From a virus (Duplodnaviria; Caudoviricetes): a stretch of 27,782 nucleotides of DNA. Positions 24,544 through 27,782 of the stretch are shown here, in pieces. Below the pieces are notes generated by a model, which saw only the letters and a list, made by a program, of their open reading frames with translations, had not been told where the DNA came from and did not search any database. Numbering within the stretch: the stretch's first letter is position 1; each line of letters starts with the position of its first letter. The stretch is from IMG/VR virus record IMGVR_UViG_3300032239_001297, positions 1 to 27,782 of that record. One strand, 5' to 3'. The position numbers were made by a program, and so were the translations under genes.

Positions 24544-25158
24544 ATGCCACTCAAAGGTTCAATCGAAGAGCTCAAGTCAATTATCGTCAAAAGAAATGGA
24601 CTGGCCAAGCCAACGCGGTTTGTGCTCGAAATTAGTCTGCCCGGAGCAATTGGATCTTCAATAGACATGTCGGATCTTTCGATCATGTGTCAGTCGGCTT
24701 CACTACCCACACGGCAGATCTCGACCGTGGACTATACCTCATTTCGTCAATCCTTCAAGATTCCGGCCGGATATACCACACAGGACGTGATATGCACATT
24801 TTTGTTAAGCGCGGACTTCTTTCCCAAGAATGTCTTTGATAAGTGGCTCGAACTGATCGTAGATCCGGTAACTTATCGTGTAAATTATGTGGCGGACTAT
24901 TCGGCTAACATCAATATCTATCAGCTTGATGACTATCTGAATAAGATCTACGGTGTTCAATTAAGACAAGCCTTTCCTACGACGGTCTCTCCAATCGACG
25001 TCAGTGCGGATTCGACCGATTCAATTCAGAAGCTATCCGTAACATTTAGCTATTATGATGTCCTGTATCTCACCGGTGCCGGTGAACCAAAAGTCGGACC
25101 CGATGATGGTAAAGACTCCGAGGACAATCAAATTCCTGAGCCAAGCATTGAGTCCTAA
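24544..25158 (+). CDS. gp54: Baseplate tail tube initiator (gp19-fold)
   Basis: GLAKPTRF, CQSASLP, FDKWLELI, YQLD, AFPTTVSPI and LSVTFSY; lies between gp4 and gp26. Confidence 0.8.
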   Translation: MPLKGSIEELKSIIVKRNGLAKPTRFVLEISLPGAIGSSIDMSDLSIMCQSASLPTRQISTVDYTSFRQSFKIPAGYTTQDVICTFLLSADFFPKNVFDKWLELIVDPVTYRVNYVADYSANINIYQLDDYLNKIYGVQLRQAFPTTVSPIDVSADSTDSIQKLSVTFSYYDVLYLTGAGEPKVGPDDGKDSEDNQIPEPSIES

Positions 25159-25207
25159 GCCTTCTCTTTGATTTGTTGAATATATAATAACAGAACTGAA
25201 AATCACT

Positions 25208-25927
25208 ATGCTACCTACAATTGAAACACCCAAGTATACGGTAATCATTCCGTCCACCAAAAAGTCCATTGAGTTTCGCCCATACCGCGTGAAAGAGGAG
25301 AAGATCCTCATGATTGCAATGGAATCCAACGACGAGAAGCAGGTCATGACCGCGGTCAAAGACATCGTTCGTGCCTGCACCTTTGACAAGTTGAATCCAG
25401 ATGATCTGACCACGATCGATCTGGAATACGTCTTTCTGAAGCTTCGCGCCAAATCCGTTGGCGAGAATGCAATCGTTCAGCTCAAATGTCAGACCAAGGA
25501 TTGCCCAGGTCAAGTCGAGGTTGAGATCAATTTGGATAGCATCGAACCCATCTCTTCGAAATCTGGAATCAGCAATCGGATCTCGTTGACCGACAAAGTA
25601 GGAATGACCTTGCGGCCAATCACGGTCCGCTCGCTCTCGCGGCTTAATGTTGGCACCGATGATAAGAACAAAGGTGAACGTGTGACGGATGTCATCATCG
25701 CCTCGATTGAGTCCATCTATGACGACAAGGGAATCTATCGCGCGGAAGATCATTCACTTGAAGAGTTGACCAAGTTCGTGGATTCACTTTCGACCGCACA
25801 TCTGAAGCAGATTCAGACCTACATCGAATCTCTTCCTCGTCTGTCCAAAGACGTAGATTACTTCTGTCCCAAATGCAAGAAGAAGCATAAGCTAACATTG
25901 ACGGGGCTACAAAGTTTTTTCGCCTAG
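25208..25927 (+). CDS. gp26: Baseplate hub assembly protein / probable tail assembly chaperone
   Basis: MLPTIETPKY...FRPYRVKEEKILMIA...DLEYVFLKLRAKSVGE, Zn-type CQTKDC and CPKC, and C-terminal GLQSFFA. Confidence 0.9.
   Translation: MLPTIETPKYTVIIPSTKKSIEFRPYRVKEEKILMIAMESNDEKQVMTAVKDIVRACTFDKLNPDDLTTIDLEYVFLKLRAKSVGENAIVQLKCQTKDCPGQVEVEINLDSIEPISSKSGISNRISLTDKVGMTLRPITVRSLSRLNVGTDDKNKGERVTDVIIASIESIYDDKGIYRAEDHSLEELTKFVDSLSTAHLKQIQTYIESLPRLSKDVDYFCPKCKKKHKLTLTGLQSFFA
25915..25921 (+). promoter_or_regulatory. Candidate -1 ribosomal frameshift slippery heptamer T TTT TTC
   Basis: X XXY YYZ is correctly phased in the gp26 frame, just ahead of the last sense codon and the stop. The -1 frame is open into the gp51-like ORF. 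Confidence 0.7.
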
Positions 25928-26121
25928 GCCTCTCACACGACTCGCTGGCCAATCACTTTACGATCAACTTTGAGATGGCACAGCGGCACGGTTATAGCTT
26001 GACCGAACTAAATGAAATGCTGCCGTGGGAGAGGGAGATCTACATATCTCTGCTAATCGATCACGTGAAGAAAGAAAATGAAAGGCACAAGCGAGAGGTT
26101 GATGCTATAAATAGAAAATAG
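25915..26121 (+). CDS. gp51: gp51-like baseplate hub assembly ORF, probably expressed as a frameshift extension of gp26
   Basis: Not in the ORF track. It reads FFRLGLSHDSLANHFTINFEMAQRHGYSLTELNEMLPWEREIYISLLIDHVKKENERHKREVDAINRK*, and its first ATG is only at 25975. Confidence 0.85.
   Translation, partial: FFRLGLSHDSLANHFTINFEMAQRHGYSLTELNEMLPWEREIYISLLIDHVKKENERHKREVDAINRK
26106..26113 (+). promoter_or_regulatory. T4-type late promoter TATAAATA
   Basis: Perfect consensus 9 nt before the tape measure ATG. Confidence 0.8.
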
Positions 26122-26122
26122 C

Positions 26123-27782
26123 ATGGACATCAATATTCAAGATCTCGTCAAGCAGATAACTGAGGCATGCAAGGACACGCGTGGTGCCGAAGATATCAGC
26201 AATCTCCTGCAGTCCATTGCTGACTTTGCAACGATTGACTGGAAGGACTTTGGCAAAGGTGCGGAAGAAGGTCTCAAAAGCTTGCAGAGTCTGGCTGGCA
26301 CCAAAGACTCTCCGGGCGTCTTGCAGAATATGGCACATGCCATATCAGGCTTAGGCGACAATGCTCGCGAGAACGGAATGGCTTTTGCCGAGATCTCGAA
26401 AGGTCTTTACAGCTTTGGCAACATTTCTTGGATTGATGTCAAGAATGGTGTCACGGCTTTAAGTGGCATGGCCGATGCCTTTAAAGACATTCATGATCCA
26501 CTGAATGCCTTTGCGGCTTCGATTGCCGGACTGGCCAATGAACCGCTTAGAGCCTTCAACAGTCTGATTGAAGCATTTCAGGCCATGGGTGAAATTTCTT
26601 GGAATGACGTCAAGGCCGGATTCTCTCATCTGTCAGAGTTTGACGAGATCACGAAAGGTCTCAAAAAGGGCATTGGATCGTTCACTGGAGCAATCAAAGA
26701 CTTGGCGAAATCTCAGGGAGATTTCAAAGCCTTTAGCCTTTTTGCTGACGCGCTTAAGTCCTTTGGAGAAATACCTTGGGCCAAGGTCACTAGTGGATTG
26801 ATCATGATGTCAATTCTTCCGGCTCTTCTGCGCCGCGCGGCGAACGGATTCAAAGCCGCCGGTGAATCGCTGTCCGGTCTGGCCGCATATCAAAGCGCCT
26901 TTAAGGCACTCGATACATTATCAGAGGCTCTAACCAATTTTGCCAAGATCAAGTGGAGCGGAGTCATATTGGGGCTGATCGCTCTGAAAATGACATCATC
27001 TTCATTTTCGATCTTCGAAAAGGCCGTTGAGAAGTTAGGTCAGGCCATTGGTTCACATGAGGCCAAATCTACTATTAAAGGCTTTCATAAATTCGTTTCG
27101 GCGCTCTCGGAGTTTGGAAACATAAAGTGGGGATCCATCATTTTGGGTGTGGGCATGATGAAGATTTTGCGTGGAGCATTCAAGACCTTTGCTGAGCTTG
27201 CTGAACCTCTAGACAAAGCTGTTTCGGTTCTAAAGAAGGCCGCGCGCGGTGGCGGTGAAGCCATTGGAGAATTTGTCACGGTTATCGGTGAACTGGCCGC
27301 CGATCCATTCTTCTGGATCGGCGTGGCAGCCTTAGCCGCTCTGGGCCTGACACTAATGACCTTTGGCAAAGCCGCCGAATGGGCCGGCAAAGGTGTAATG
27401 TATTTGGCCGAAGGCTTTGCAATGATGGTCAAATCGGCCATCGAAGGCGTTGCGCAGCTGATCAAACTGGCCGAATCAGGTCCTGGGCTCTTTAAGGCCG
27501 CGGCCGGAATCACGGCTGTTTCACTTGCACTGATGACTTTCGCGGCCGCATCAACCGCATCGGGAATCATGGGAGCGATTGGTGGTCTGATCGGACAAGT
27601 TACTGGTTCAAGTCCGATCGATCAGATCCTGAAGCTAGCCGATGCAGGTGATAAGCTTCAAGAGACGGCCGACGCACTGGAGCGAATCAATGCGGCAATG
27701 GCTGGCATGCCCTCAACTGCCGGGTTCGATCTGGCCAAAGCCGGAGATGAAGGATCCGATCTATCCTCACAACGCAATGTGG
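26123..27782 (+). CDS. Tape measure protein (gp29-like), 5' part, runs off the window
   Basis: Not in the ORF track (no stop in the window). MDINIQDLVKQITEAC... is Ala/Gly/Leu/Lys-rich and helical, with periodic FxxIxW motifs and hydrophobic segments; it follows gp26/gp51. Confidence 0.85.
   Translation, partial: MDINIQDLVKQITEACKDTRGAEDISNLLQSIADFATIDWKDFGKGAEEGLKSLQSLAGTKDSPGVLQNMAHAISGLGDNARENGMAFAEISKGLYSFGNISWIDVKNGVTALSGMADAFKDIHDPLNAFAASIAGLANEPLRAFNSLIEAFQAMGEISWNDVKAGFSHLSEFDEITKGLKKGIGSFTGAIKDLAKSQGDFKAFSLFADALKSFGEIPWAKVTSGLIMMSILPALLRRAANGFKAAGESLSGLAAYQSAFKALDTLSEALTNFAKIKWSGVILGLIALKMTSSSFSIFEKAVEKLGQAIGSHEAKSTIKGFHKFVSALSEFGNIKWGSIILGVGMMKILRGAFKTFAELAEPLDKAVSVLKKAARGGGEAIGEFVTVIGELAADPFFWIGVAALAALGLTLMTFGKAAEWAGKGVMYLAEGFAMMVKSAIEGVAQLIKLAESGPGLFKAAAGITAVSLALMTFAAASTASGIMGAIGGLIGQVTGSSPIDQILKLADAGDKLQETADALERINAAMAGMPSTAGFDLAKAGDEGSDLSSQRNV

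Noticed and set aside
25168-25190. Sigma70 promoter before gp26 (TTGATT...TATAAT)
   Set aside because: The spacing is only 9 nt. The AT-rich tract may be a degenerate late box, but this is unsupported.
25922-25950. Stimulatory hairpin downstream of the slippery site (GCCTAGGC palindrome, GGCC...GGCC)
   Set aside because: The stems are too short to support by eye; RNA folding is needed.
27085-27570. 161-aa minus-strand ORF
   Set aside because: Antisense shadow of the tape measure gene.
1-27782. Stop-codon reassignment, introns/inteins, tRNAs or mobile elements
   Set aside because: Conserved genes are full length in the standard code and use TAA, TGA and TAG as stops. No homing endonuclease, transposase or tRNA-like sequence was seen, and intergenic gaps are tiny.

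Overview
This window is the late (virion morphogenesis) region of a T4-like myovirus, with gene order resembling marine or uncultured T4-like phages. On the minus strand, in transcription order, lie gp48, gp53, a gp27-like hub, a very short gp5, gp25, gp6, gp7, gp8, two small adaptor/fibre genes, an accessory cassette, gp13, gp14, gp15, an inserted fibre-like gene, gp16 and the 5' part of gp17. On the plus strand lie gp4, gp54, gp26, a gp51-like ORF and the 5' part of a tape measure gene. T4 late-promoter boxes (TATAAATA or NNTAAATA) sit just ahead of many genes. Two features stand out. First, the slot where T4 has gp9-gp12 and wac holds a cassette (about 4.7-11.9 kb) bounded by a promoter and a terminator. 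It encodes a 1707-aa fibre-like protein, a LamG protein, a small protein and an apparent 8-stranded outer-membrane beta-barrel, all with Sec-type signal peptides. A fifth signal-peptide protein with a gp9/gp10-type N-terminal motif sits between gp15 and gp16. Second, a T TTT TTC slippery site at the end of gp26 would fuse it by a -1 frameshift to the gp51-like ORF just upstream of the tape measure gene, as in lambda G/GT. All calls come from manual motif recognition and synteny; no searches were run.
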